A stretch of DNA of 64,000 bases from Bacillota bacterium (lineage in GTDB: Bacteria > Bacillota > Sulfobacillia > JAJYWN01 > JAJZPE01): contig JAJZPE010000002.1 of the NCBI GenBank assembly GCA_021811325.1, positions 10,157 to 74,156 of the forward strand, given 5' to 3'. Under the pieces are notes generated by a model, which was given only the letters and a program-made list of their open reading frames with translations, searched no databases and was not told where the DNA came from. The first letter of the stretch is position 1. Every line of letters begins with the position of its first letter. Positions 9,757 through 18,524 of this stretch are shown here, piece by piece. A program made the position numbers and the translations under genes.

Positions 9757-9791
9757 AACGGCGGTCGCCGGGGGCGGCCGCCGTTCTCTTT
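9757..9791 (+). terminator. Putative terminator after the SASP gene
   Basis: GC hairpin ACGGCGGTCGCC-ggg-GGCGGCCGCCGT followed by TCTCTTTAC. Confidence 0.4.
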
Positions 9792-9828
9792 ACCGGCGTG
9801 ACCTCGGTCAAAACGCCTGCGGGCGCCT

Positions 9829-10863
9829 TCACTCGGCCAGGCAGACCGGGCCGTTCCTGACCCGGAAGAGGCGGGTCGCGCGCCCGCCCAACCGCCAGGC
9901 CTCCCATGCCCGCACGGCATGGAGATAAGCCGCAGCCTCCGCATCGAGGTCGTCCTGGGCGGCGCCGAAGAAGGCCACCCTGGCCAGCGGGGCTCGTTGT
10001 GCCAGCACGCGCAGGTGGGCCAGGCCGGCCACGGCGATCTTCGGATAGCCGCCGGTCGTCTGGTGGCCCGCCAGAAGGCACAGCGGCTGGCCGCTCTCGG
10101 GGACCTGGACGGCCCCGGCCACCAGCCCATCGGAGACGATGTCCGGTCGCAGCGGCCTGATTGCCGGGCCTTCCAACCTGAGGCCCATCCGGTCTGACGC
10201 CGTTGCCACGGTGAAGGCCGAGCTGTGGAAGAGGCTGACCGTGGCCGGGTCAAAGTGGTCCTCCTGCGGACCGGCCGTCGCCGCCACCGCCTCGCGGTCG
10301 AGGTAGCCGCCTGGTGACTCGTCCCCGGCGGGCAGCAGCCGTTCGAAGGCCAGGGCCAAGGCATCAAGGCGGGACGCCGGCACGATGCCTCCCCCGACCG
10401 GGAGACGATCCCCGGCCGCCAGGGGCCGGCCGGCGCCCCAACCGAGACCCGCCTTGAGGTCGGTGGAGCGGCTCCCCATGGCCGGCGGGATGTCGACCCC
10501 GCCATGGACGGCGAGGTAAGCACGGCAACCACGAACAGGCCGCCCAAAGGTCAGGACTTGCCCCGCCGAAACCATGTAACCCCGCCAGTTCTCCAGCGGC
10601 CGCCCGTCGAGGGCCGGCCCCAGGTCCGCCCCGGCGATGGCCAAGGAAGTCCCGGCGGAGAAGCGGATGGCCGGCCCCGCCAGGGTGACCTCGAGCCCCG
10701 CCGCGCCGGGCGGGTTGTCGGCCAGGAAGTTGGCCGCCCGCAGGGCGAAGTCGTCAGCCGCCCCGCCCGGGCCCAACCCATACCGGGCATAACCCGGCCG
10801 GCCCAGGTCCTGGACGGTCGTCAAGAGGCCGGGCGAGATGACTTCAATGACGGACGCGCTCAC
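9829..10863 (-). CDS. pxpC: 5-oxoprolinase subunit C (PxpC / KipA, allophanate hydrolase subunit 2 family)
   Basis: The 344-aa product is homologous to the CT_A_B domain: VISPGLLTTVQDLGRPGYARYG...QTTGGYPKIAV. It overlaps the pxpB stop by 4 nt. Confidence 0.88.
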   Translation of the reverse strand: MSASVIEVISPGLLTTVQDLGRPGYARYGLGPGGAADDFALRAANFLADNPPGAAGLEVTLAGPAIRFSAGTSLAIAGADLGPALDGRPLENWRGYMVSAGQVLTFGRPVRGCRAYLAVHGGVDIPPAMGSRSTDLKAGLGWGAGRPLAAGDRLPVGGGIVPASRLDALALAFERLLPAGDESPGGYLDREAVAATAGPQEDHFDPATVSLFHSSAFTVATASDRMGLRLEGPAIRPLRPDIVSDGLVAGAVQVPESGQPLCLLAGHQTTGGYPKIAVAGLAHLRVLAQRAPLARVAFFGAAQDDLDAEAAAYLHAVRAWEAWRLGGRATRLFRVRNGPVCLAE

Positions 10864-11588
10864 TCTGGTTCACCCCCGCGGGACGGCCCGCCGGACGGGG
10901 ACCCGGGGGCGCCTCCGCTCCGGGCGAACTCCTCGGGAGTGACGGCCTGGAAGCGAACGCGGTCACCCGGTTCGAGCAATGACGGCCGTTCCCGGGCCGG
11001 GTCCCACAGCTGCACGGACGCGCGTCCGATCAGACGCCAGCCGCCCGGACTCGTCCTCGGGTAGATGCCGGTCTGCTCGCCGGCGATGCCCACCGCTCCA
11101 GCGGGGACGCTCGTCCGCGGAGTCTTCAGACGAGGGGTGGATAGTTCCGGCGGGAGTCCCGTCAGATACGGAAAGCCGGCCAGGAAGCCGATCATCGATA
11201 CGGTATAGACCGCCGCGGAGTGGCGGCGGACCACCTCCTCCGGGGCGAGGCCGGCATGGGCGGCCACATCACCAAGGTCGGGACCGTACTCGCCGCCGTA
11301 GACCACCGGGATGACCGCCGCCGGCCGCTGCTCGTCGGCCGGCGCGGGGCTGAAGTCGCGCCCCGCAAACCAGGTCGCGAGGGCGTTGCGGGAAGTGACC
11401 GTCGGGTCGAACCTGACGGTCACCGACCGATAGGTCGGGACCACCTCGATGACGCCTGCCGGCGCCTCCGCCCGCAGAGCCCGGTCGCAGGCCCGGACGG
11501 CGGCCTGAGCGGCCCGCTCGATGGCCGCCCCGAACTCGATGGTCAGAGCCGCCTCACCGAGCGGGAGCAGGCGGGGACGCGGGTACAT
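10860..11588 (-). CDS. pxpB: 5-oxoprolinase subunit B (PxpB / KipI, allophanate hydrolase subunit 1 family)
   Basis: The 242-aa product has the KipI-type pattern LPLGEAALTIEFG...VIEVVPTYRSVTVRFDP...IPVVYGGEYGPDL. It overlaps pxpA by 1 nt. Confidence 0.86.
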   Translation of the reverse strand: MYPRPRLLPLGEAALTIEFGAAIERAAQAAVRACDRALRAEAPAGVIEVVPTYRSVTVRFDPTVTSRNALATWFAGRDFSPAPADEQRPAAVIPVVYGGEYGPDLGDVAAHAGLAPEEVVRRHSAAVYTVSMIGFLAGFPYLTGLPPELSTPRLKTPRTSVPAGAVGIAGEQTGIYPRTSPGGWRLIGRASVQLWDPARERPSLLEPGDRVRFQAVTPEEFARSGGAPGSPSGGPSRGGEPE

Positions 11589-12373
11589 CAGCCGCCACCC
11601 CCGGCCGGGCGCTCCGGCGCCGGCAACCGCTGCACGCGGATGCCGGCCCCCTCGAGGGCCGCGCGGAGGGCGGTCGCGACGCCGGCGGCGCCCGGCGAAT
11701 CCCCATGGACGCAGATGGTGTCGACATCGACCGGAACGTCCTCTCCGGTGACCGCCGTGACTCTCCCCTCACGGACCATCCGCAGGGCCCTTTCGGCGAC
11801 CCGAGCAGGGTCGGTGACCAGAGCGCCCGGCTGCCCCCTCGGGGAGAGCCGGCCGTCGGCCAGGTAGCCGCGGTCGGCAAAGACCTCCCCGGCTACCGCC
11901 AGCCCAGCCTCCCGGCCCGCCCGGAGAAGCGCCGAGCCGGACAGGGCGACAAGGACTAGATGCCGGTCGACGGCGGCGACCGCCCTGGCCAGCGCGGCCG
12001 CCAGGGCGGGGTCGCGGGCCGCCTGGTTGTACAGGGCTCCGTGGGCCTTGACGTGAGACAGCTTCAGCCCTTCGGCGCGGGCCATCGCCTCGAGGGCCCC
12101 CACCTGATAGATGATAAAGTCCTCGACTTCGCGGAAGTCGGCCTTCATCTCGCGGCGACCGAAGCCGACCAGGTCGGGGTAACCGGGATGAGCCCCTACG
12201 GCCACGCCCAACTCGCGGGCCAAGGCCACGGTCCGGCGCATGGTCGAGGGGTCGCCGGCGTGGAAGCCGCAGGCGATGTTGGCCGAGGTGACCACCCGCA
12301 GCAATTCCTCGTCGGGTCCCAGGGTGTACCGGCCAAAGCCCTCCCCCAGGTCACAGTTGATGTCGACGCGCAA
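11588..12373 (-). CDS. pxpA: 5-oxoprolinase subunit A (PxpA, LamB/YcsF family)
   Basis: MRVDINCDLGEGFG...NIACGFHAGDP...VKAHGALYN is a textbook LamB/YcsF N-terminus. It is the first gene of the pxpABC operon. Confidence 0.92.
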   Translation of the reverse strand: MRVDINCDLGEGFGRYTLGPDEELLRVVTSANIACGFHAGDPSTMRRTVALARELGVAVGAHPGYPDLVGFGRREMKADFREVEDFIIYQVGALEAMARAEGLKLSHVKAHGALYNQAARDPALAAALARAVAAVDRHLVLVALSGSALLRAGREAGLAVAGEVFADRGYLADGRLSPRGQPGALVTDPARVAERALRMVREGRVTAVTGEDVPVDVDTICVHGDSPGAAGVATALRAALEGAGIRVQRLPAPERPAGGGG

Positions 12374-12513
12374 AGGTCCCCCCCCTTGAGTGGCCTGCCC
12401 GGCCGAACGTCACGCCCGGGCGGCGCCATGAGCCGCAGATGATTTTGAACACGTATCAAGGCGCCCTTCGGTGCCAGACTAAACCCTGACGGAAGCGAAC
12501 GAGGTGATGAAAG

Positions 12514-12747
12514 ATGACCGGAAAGCGCCGCCGGCCGGCCGAAGGCAAACGGCCGCCGAAGCCCGTCGCCCAGGAAAAGGTCGTGGCCGAGCGGGAGCTG
12601 AGTGAGAAGGAGAAGCGCTTCCTGAGCGAGATGCGGCGCAACAACATCCAGGACGAGGAGTTAGCCCTCTTCGAGGAGCCCGTCTCGGGATGGTGGTCCA
12701 ACGACTGGATCATCGACCAGGAAGACACGCGGTCGGACAACCCTTGA
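12514..12747 (+). CDS. Small hypothetical protein (77 aa, Lys/Arg/Glu-rich)
   Basis: An ATG at 12514 lies 6 nt after GAGGTGA. The ORF is followed by a good intrinsic terminator at 12782-12817, which supports a real + strand transcript. No family was recognised. Confidence 0.4.
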   Translation: MTGKRRRPAEGKRPPKPVAQEKVVAERELSEKEKRFLSEMRRNNIQDEELALFEEPVSGWWSNDWIIDQEDTRSDNP

Positions 12748-12781
12748 CGGGCTGTCCTGATCACCCTCGAACGACCCGAAG

Positions 12782-12817
12782 AAAGGCCGGCGCCGCCGCG
12801 CCGCCCTTTCTTTTTGC
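12782..12817 (+). terminator. Rho-independent terminator after the small ORF
   Basis: Hairpin AAAGGCCGGCG-ccgccg-CGCCGCCCTTT followed by CTTTTTGCG. Confidence 0.5.
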
Positions 12818-12851
12818 GATGACGATGACGGTCCGGGACGGCCGCTCCGGT

Positions 12852-13190
12852 TCAGGGGTCGGTCAGACCGTCGCCGCCGCCTGACCCGCCTCCGCCCGAC
12901 CCGCCCCCGCGGACCTGGAGCAGGCGAGCCATCCGCCGGTTGTCCTGGCGGAGGCGCTGGTTCTCGGCCTCGAGGCGGGACCCGCTGGCCCGGCGTTCCC
13001 GGTCCATGGCGACGAGCAAGTCCATCAGCACTCGACGGCTGAACCTCAGGCTCTGGACCTGGTCTTCGAGCGTCCGCAGGCGCAGCAGCAGGCGCTCGAT
13101 GGGTTCCCCCGCCGCCTCCTGCCCCACGCCGCCTGACCTCGAGCCCGGCCGTCCGGCCGTCCGCTCGGGCAAACCGCTCACCCCTCCCAA
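12852..13190 (-). CDS. Hypothetical coiled-coil protein with Gly/Ser-rich tail (uncertain)
   Basis: The 112-aa ORF starts at TTG. Its central region (LRLRTLEDQVQSLRFSRRVLMDLLVAMDRERR...ENQRLRQDNRRMARLL) is a predicted coiled coil. Its tail is GGGSGGGGSGGGDGLTDP. A perfect TATAAT lies ~20 nt upstream. Coding status is uncertain in a GC-rich region. Confidence 0.25.
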   Translation of the reverse strand: MGGVSGLPERTAGRPGSRSGGVGQEAAGEPIERLLLRLRTLEDQVQSLRFSRRVLMDLLVAMDRERRASGSRLEAENQRLRQDNRRMARLLQVRGGGSGGGGSGGGDGLTDP

Positions 13191-13300
13191 GGACCTTGCC
13201 GGTTCTATTATAGCTGCGGGAGGCGTAGCCTATGCGGCTCGGGCGGGAGGGCGGCACGGGGCCCATCGGGGGGACCCCTCCGCGGAGGAGGCCGGGGACT

Positions 13301-14641
13301 TCAGAACTCGGTCACCCCGGTGAAGTTGAAGGCCTTGACCTTGAGGGCCGGCACGACGGCCCCGCCGAAGAACCCTGACTGGAACCGGCGCTCGCGGCCG
13401 ATCAGGTCGACGTTGGCCAGGGCCCGGGTGATGGCTTCGGTGAACCTCAGGTTCTTCACCGCCGCCGTGACCCGCCCATCCTCGACCAAGAAGGTGCCGT
13501 CCCGGGTCATCCCGGTAAAGATGGTCTTCGTCGGATGGATCGGGTTCGTGTAATGGAACCTGGTCACCAGGATGCCCCGTCTGGTCGAAGCCAGGAGGTC
13601 TTCGGCCGAAGCTCTGCCGGCCCCGAGGAACAGGTTGATCGGCAAGGGCCCATAGACGTTCGGCGCCGGCAGGGCGTGCCCCGTCGAATGCTTACCGGGC
13701 TCGCGGTTGGCGGTGTGGGAATCCCAGACCACCCCTTTAGCGACGCCGCCGGTGATGAAGTCCACCCGGCGCTTGGGGACGCCCTCGAAGTCGAAGGGAA
13801 TCGGCATCCCCGCCGGGTCGAGGCCGTCGTCCCACAGGTCGATGTTGTCCCCGGCGACCTTTTCGCCGAACCGCCCGTTCATGAAGCTCCGGCCCTCTTG
13901 CACGGCCAGGGCGGACAGCCCCAGGTAGCCCAGGGTCGAGAGGATATCGGCGACGGCCGGCGCCTCGAGGATGACCTCATACTCGCCCGGCTCGATGGCC
14001 CGGGGAGCCCGGCTGTCGAGACACTTCTTCACCGCCACCTGGCCGAGCGCCTCGACGTCCAGCTCGGACAGGTCGCGGCCGCCCCAGTCGGCGTAACCCG
14101 AGCTGGTCTCGGACATGACCACGGTGGTGAAGTTGATGGACGTGGTCGAGGTGTAGCCCTCGATACCCAGCGAGTTGACCACGGCGAGACCGAGCCCCCC
14201 CGTGGAGAGGGAACCGGCCGCCCGCACCCCGGCTTTCTTCGCCGCCGCGATGACCTTGGCCACCCGTTCGGCCCGTTCCTCCGGTTCATATTCGCGGACC
14301 GTCGTGATTTCCTTCGGCAGGTTCGGGATGGGCTCCGGCCCCGGCAGCGAGACAAACGCCGGGTCCTCGCGCTGCAGGCGGGCGATGGCCACCGCCCGCT
14401 CGGCCGTCCGCCGCAGGGCTTTATCCGAGAGGTCGTTGGTCGAGGACACCCCGATCTTCTTCCCCAGTACGGCCCGGACGTTGACGGTAGCGTTGCTCTC
14501 CCCGACGTTCTGGTGGATGCAGTTCTCGGCGAAGCGTGTCAAGTAAGCGTCGTTGACCATGACGACCACCTCGGCCTGGTCGGCCCGGCAGGCCGCCAGG
14601 GCCGTCTTGGCGGCCCGCAGTACCTCTTCCCGTCCTACCAT
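13301..14641 (-). CDS. pmbA: Metalloprotease PmbA/TldE (TldD/PmbA family, no HExxxH)
   Basis: The 446-aa product is TldD/PmbA family throughout (....GVVWDSHTANREPGKHSTGHA...). It lacks the HExxxH motif and so is the PmbA/TldE partner. It overlaps the tldD stop. Confidence 0.88.
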   Translation of the reverse strand: MVGREEVLRAAKTALAACRADQAEVVVMVNDAYLTRFAENCIHQNVGESNATVNVRAVLGKKIGVSSTNDLSDKALRRTAERAVAIARLQREDPAFVSLPGPEPIPNLPKEITTVREYEPEERAERVAKVIAAAKKAGVRAAGSLSTGGLGLAVVNSLGIEGYTSTTSINFTTVVMSETSSGYADWGGRDLSELDVEALGQVAVKKCLDSRAPRAIEPGEYEVILEAPAVADILSTLGYLGLSALAVQEGRSFMNGRFGEKVAGDNIDLWDDGLDPAGMPIPFDFEGVPKRRVDFITGGVAKGVVWDSHTANREPGKHSTGHALPAPNVYGPLPINLFLGAGRASAEDLLASTRRGILVTRFHYTNPIHPTKTIFTGMTRDGTFLVEDGRVTAAVKNLRFTEAITRALANVDLIGRERRFQSGFFGGAVVPALKVKAFNFTGVTEF

Positions 14642-16080
14642 CGGCCAACACCTACCCTCACGTTGCGGAATCGCGCGGGGGCTGCCCCGTGGCCCACCCG
14701 GGCCACCTGACCGGGCTCGCCCTTACCGCAGTTCGGCGTGCCCCAAAGGTTCCAGGACCGGCCGTCGGCCACGGCATCGCAGGAGTTCCAGAACTCCGGC
14801 GTGATCCCCGTGTAGGTCGGGTTCTTGACCATCGCCCCGAGCGCGCCGTCCTTGATCTCCCAACCAACCTCCGTCCCGAACTGGAAGTTCAACCGTTTGT
14901 CGTCGATCGACCAGCTTCGGTTGATCTCCAGGTAAAGGCCTTCCTTGGTGTCGCGGATGAGCTCGTCCAGGTCCCAGTCCCCCGGCAGGAGGTTGATGTT
15001 GGTCATCCTGATGATGGGCTGGCGGCTCCAGCCGTCCGCCCGCATCGTCCCGTTGGACTCCTGGCCGAACTTCGCCGCCGTCTCCCGGGATGTCAGGTAG
15101 CTCACGAAGCGCCCGTGGTCGATGACCATCGTCCGCCGGGCCGGCACCCCTTCGTCGTCGTAACCGAAGGTCCCCAGGCCGCCCTCGATGGTCGCGTCGG
15201 CGACGATGTTGACCTCCGGCGAGCCATATTGGAAGGCCCCGAGCTTGTCCGGGGTCAAGAAGCTCGTCCCGGCGAGGCTGGCCTCCGTCCCGAGGGCCCG
15301 GTCGAGCTCGACCGGGTGCCCGCACGATTCGTGGATCTGCAGGGCCAACTGGCGCCCGTCGAGGATGATATCGCTCCGCCCGGACGGGCACTGTCTGGCC
15401 GAGAGGAGTTCGAACGCCTCTCGCCCCACCCGCTCGGCGTGGCCGGCGAGGTCCATCTCTTCGATGAATTCCCAGCCGCGGCTGGCAAAATGGCCACGGT
15501 GCGCGTTCGGGTAGCCGCGGCGCTGCATCTCGCCGTTACCGATGGCCGTCGCCGACATGCCCCCACCGGCCTGGGTGATCTCCTGGTCGATGGCGCTACC
15601 TTCGGTCGAGTAGAACCGCTTGCGCTCCCGCCTGACGGAGACCTCGGCCTCCCCGACGCGGATCGGCCCGCCGGCGTGGAGGAGCCTCTCCGCCTCGACC
15701 AGGTGGGCGATGCGGTCCTCGAGCTTGACCTGGAAGGGGTCCTTCCGAACGGGCGTCCGGTAGGTGTCCCGCACCGGCTTGACCGGCGCCAGTTCGGCCG
15801 CTTCCTGGCGCTTCCCGGCGCTGGCCCGGGCGATGGCCACGGCCTCCTCGGCCACCCGCACGGCCTCTTCCTCAGTGGCTTTCGAACTCGCGCAGAACCC
15901 CCAGGCCCCATCGAAGAGGACACGCACGCCGAACCCGGCGCTCTCCATGGCCGTCACGGCCTCGACCGACCCGTTCTTGACCCTGACCGTCTCGTCCTTT
16001 CGTTCGGTGAAGCGGACGTCGCCGTACGAGGCGCCGCGCCGCCGGACCGCGTCCAGGACCAACTCCTGCAGTTCGGGCAA
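14635..16080 (-). CDS. tldD: Metalloprotease TldD
   Basis: The 481-aa product is TldD/PmbA family. It carries the HESCGH metal-binding motif (LQIHESCGHPVELD). Confidence 0.9.
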   Translation of the reverse strand: MPELQELVLDAVRRRGASYGDVRFTERKDETVRVKNGSVEAVTAMESAGFGVRVLFDGAWGFCASSKATEEEAVRVAEEAVAIARASAGKRQEAAELAPVKPVRDTYRTPVRKDPFQVKLEDRIAHLVEAERLLHAGGPIRVGEAEVSVRRERKRFYSTEGSAIDQEITQAGGGMSATAIGNGEMQRRGYPNAHRGHFASRGWEFIEEMDLAGHAERVGREAFELLSARQCPSGRSDIILDGRQLALQIHESCGHPVELDRALGTEASLAGTSFLTPDKLGAFQYGSPEVNIVADATIEGGLGTFGYDDEGVPARRTMVIDHGRFVSYLTSRETAAKFGQESNGTMRADGWSRQPIIRMTNINLLPGDWDLDELIRDTKEGLYLEINRSWSIDDKRLNFQFGTEVGWEIKDGALGAMVKNPTYTGITPEFWNSCDAVADGRSWNLWGTPNCGKGEPGQVARVGHGAAPARFRNVRVGVGRW

Positions 16081-16113
16081 AAGGCCTCCCCCTCTCCTCT
16101 CGACTCCTTCACG

Positions 16114-16962
16114 TCACGTCCGGACCGCCGCCTCCGCCGGACGCCGGACGGCGAGTTCCTCGATGACCTTGTCCGGCACGCGCACCGCCCCGATCGTCGC
16201 CCGCCCGGGGAACCCCGGTCCGTGGGCGTCCGAGCCGCCGGTGACCACCAACCCATGGCGCCGCGCCAGGGCCGCGTAGCGCTTGGCTTCCCGCCGCCCG
16301 TGCTCGGGGTAACGGGCCTCGAGGCCATCTAGCCCGACCGCCACCAGCGGGGCGATGATCGCGTCATCGCCGATGAGCCCCGGATGGGCCAGCACGGCCA
16401 CCCCGCCGGCGGCGTGGATGAGACGGACCGCGTCCTCCGGGGAGAGCTTGTAGCGCTCGACGTAGGCCGGCTTGCCCAACCCCAGATACAGCTGGAAGGC
16501 CTGGAGCACCGAGCCGGCCAGGCCGGCCTCGACCATCGCCTGGGCGATGTGCGGGCGGCCGAGGGGACCGCCCCCGGCGATCTCCCTCACGCGCGCGAAA
16601 GAGACCGCCAGGTTCAGCGTCGCCAGCTTGTCGACGATCCGCCGGGCCCGCTCCAAGCGGGCCACACGCAGGCGTTGCAGCTCATCCTGGAGGGCCGGAG
16701 AGGCCACGTCGACCAGGTAACCGAGGACGTGGACCTCCCGCCATTCCTCGTCGACCTGAGCCTCGGTGTTGATCTCCACCCCAGGCACGACCCGGATCCG
16801 GCCGGCCGCGCTCGCCTTGGCCTCGGCCACCCCGGCCACGGTGTCGTGGTCGGTGATGCCGATGCCCGTAAGACCGGCGCGGATGGCCGCCTCGACCGTC
16901 TCCGCCGGCGACAGGGTCCCGTCGGAGGCCGTCGTGTGCAGGTGCAAGTCGACCGCCATCAC
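16114..16962 (-). CDS. PHP domain phosphoesterase (TrpH/YciV-like)
   Basis: MMAVDLHLHTTASDGTLSPAETVEAAIRAGLTGIGITDHDT is the PHP (polymerase/histidinol-phosphatase) N-terminal motif. It overlaps pepA by 4 nt. Confidence 0.85.
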   Translation of the reverse strand: MMAVDLHLHTTASDGTLSPAETVEAAIRAGLTGIGITDHDTVAGVAEAKASAAGRIRVVPGVEINTEAQVDEEWREVHVLGYLVDVASPALQDELQRLRVARLERARRIVDKLATLNLAVSFARVREIAGGGPLGRPHIAQAMVEAGLAGSVLQAFQLYLGLGKPAYVERYKLSPEDAVRLIHAAGGVAVLAHPGLIGDDAIIAPLVAVGLDGLEARYPEHGRREAKRYAALARRHGLVVTGGSDAHGPGFPGRATIGAVRVPDKVIEELAVRRPAEAAVRT

Positions 16963-18464
16963 TTCATCGACTCGGCCAGATGGGCCAGGGTCCGGACGCC
17001 GAACCCGGTGGCTCCCTTTGGCGTGTAGGGGAGGTCCCGCGAGTTCATGGCCATCCCGGCGATGTCCAGGTGGACCCAGGGCGTGTCGCCGACGAACTCC
17101 CGGATGAAGAGGGCGCCCGTGATGGCGCCGCCCGGCCGCCCGCCGGTGTTCTTGATGTCGGCGACCTCACTCTTGATCTGCTCGCCGTATTCGCTGTCGA
17201 CGGGCATCCGCCAGACCTTCTCGCCGGCCTGAGCGGCCGCCTTCTCGACGGCGGCGGCGAGGCCCTCGTCGTTGCTGAACAGCCCGGCCCGGACGTTGCC
17301 CAGGGCGACCACGCAGGCCCCGGTGAGGGTGGCCAGGTCGACGAGCCGGGCGGCGCCGAGATTCTTGGCGTAGGCGATGGCGTCGGCCAGGATCATCCGA
17401 CCCTCGGCGTCGGTGCTGATGATCTCGATGGTCTTCCCGTTCATCGCCCGGACCACGTCGCCGGGGCGTGAAGCGTGACCAGACGGCATGTTTTCAGTCG
17501 CCGGGACCACCCCGATGACCTCGACCGGTGGCTTCAGGGTGCCGACGGCCTCCATGGCCCCGAGGACCGCGGCCCCGCCGGCCATGTCCGACTTCATCCC
17601 CTCCATGCCCTCGCCCGCCTTCAGCGAGATGCCACCGCTGTCGAAGGTCAGGCCCTTGCCGACGAAGGCCAGCGGGCCCTGAGCGCCGGCCCGCCCGTCC
17701 TTCGGCCGGTAACGGAGGACGATCAGCTTGGCCGGCTCGTCGCTGCCCTTGGCCACCGACAGGAAGGCCCCCATCCCCAGACGCTCGCAATCGGCCCGCT
17801 CCAGGACTTCAAGGGAAAGGCCCCCGCGGCGGGCGATGTCCGCCGCCACCTCGGCCAGGGCCGTCGGCGTCACCAGGTTGGCCGGCCGGTTGACCAGGTC
17901 GCGCGCCAGGGCCGTCGCCCGGGCCAGGGCCTCACCCCGGCGTACCCCGTCCTCGATGGCCGCCAGCTTGCCCTCCTCGCGCTCAACCACGATGAGCTCC
18001 TCGACCCCGCCGCCGTCGCCCTCAGCCACCTTCAATTCCTTGAACGAGTACGCCGCCAGGAGGCTGCCCTCGACGGCGGCCGCCGCGGCCGTGCCAGGCT
18101 CGAGCCCGGCGATGCCGGCGCCATGGACGATGGTGGCCACGGTCCGTGCCCGACCCTTGGCCGCGGCCCGCATGGCCCAGCCGGCCGCCGCCCGCACGCC
18201 GTCGTAGTCGAAGCCGGCCGACGGGCCGAGGCCGGCGACGACGACCTTGGTCGCCGGGAGCCGCCCGAGAGTGTAGACCACCGCCGCTTCCCTGGCCTTG
18301 CCGGTGATCTCTCCAGCTTCGATCAGCCGGGCGATGGCCCCGCCCAGGGCCTGGTCGATGGCCCCGGTGGCCCCTCTCGGCGGGGTGACCTTCTCGAAGA
18401 GGTTGACGATGACCGCATCGGCCTTGACTTCGGCGATGGAGCCCCGCCAGACGCTGACCTTCAT
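16959..18464 (-). CDS. pepA: Leucyl aminopeptidase (M17 family, PepA)
   Basis: The 501-aa product has M17 catalytic motifs: VGKGLTFDSGGISLK and the NTDAEGR-type STDAEGRMILADAIAYA. Confidence 0.92.
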   Translation of the reverse strand: MKVSVWRGSIAEVKADAVIVNLFEKVTPPRGATGAIDQALGGAIARLIEAGEITGKAREAAVVYTLGRLPATKVVVAGLGPSAGFDYDGVRAAAGWAMRAAAKGRARTVATIVHGAGIAGLEPGTAAAAAVEGSLLAAYSFKELKVAEGDGGGVEELIVVEREEGKLAAIEDGVRRGEALARATALARDLVNRPANLVTPTALAEVAADIARRGGLSLEVLERADCERLGMGAFLSVAKGSDEPAKLIVLRYRPKDGRAGAQGPLAFVGKGLTFDSGGISLKAGEGMEGMKSDMAGGAAVLGAMEAVGTLKPPVEVIGVVPATENMPSGHASRPGDVVRAMNGKTIEIISTDAEGRMILADAIAYAKNLGAARLVDLATLTGACVVALGNVRAGLFSNDEGLAAAVEKAAAQAGEKVWRMPVDSEYGEQIKSEVADIKNTGGRPGGAITGALFIREFVGDTPWVHLDIAGMAMNSRDLPYTPKGATGFGVRTLAHLAESMK

Positions 18465-18524
18465 TCGTTCCCCAGCTCCTTCTCGATGTTGGGTTGAAAA
18501 GCTGCTGCGTGCTCCATGCCCCGG

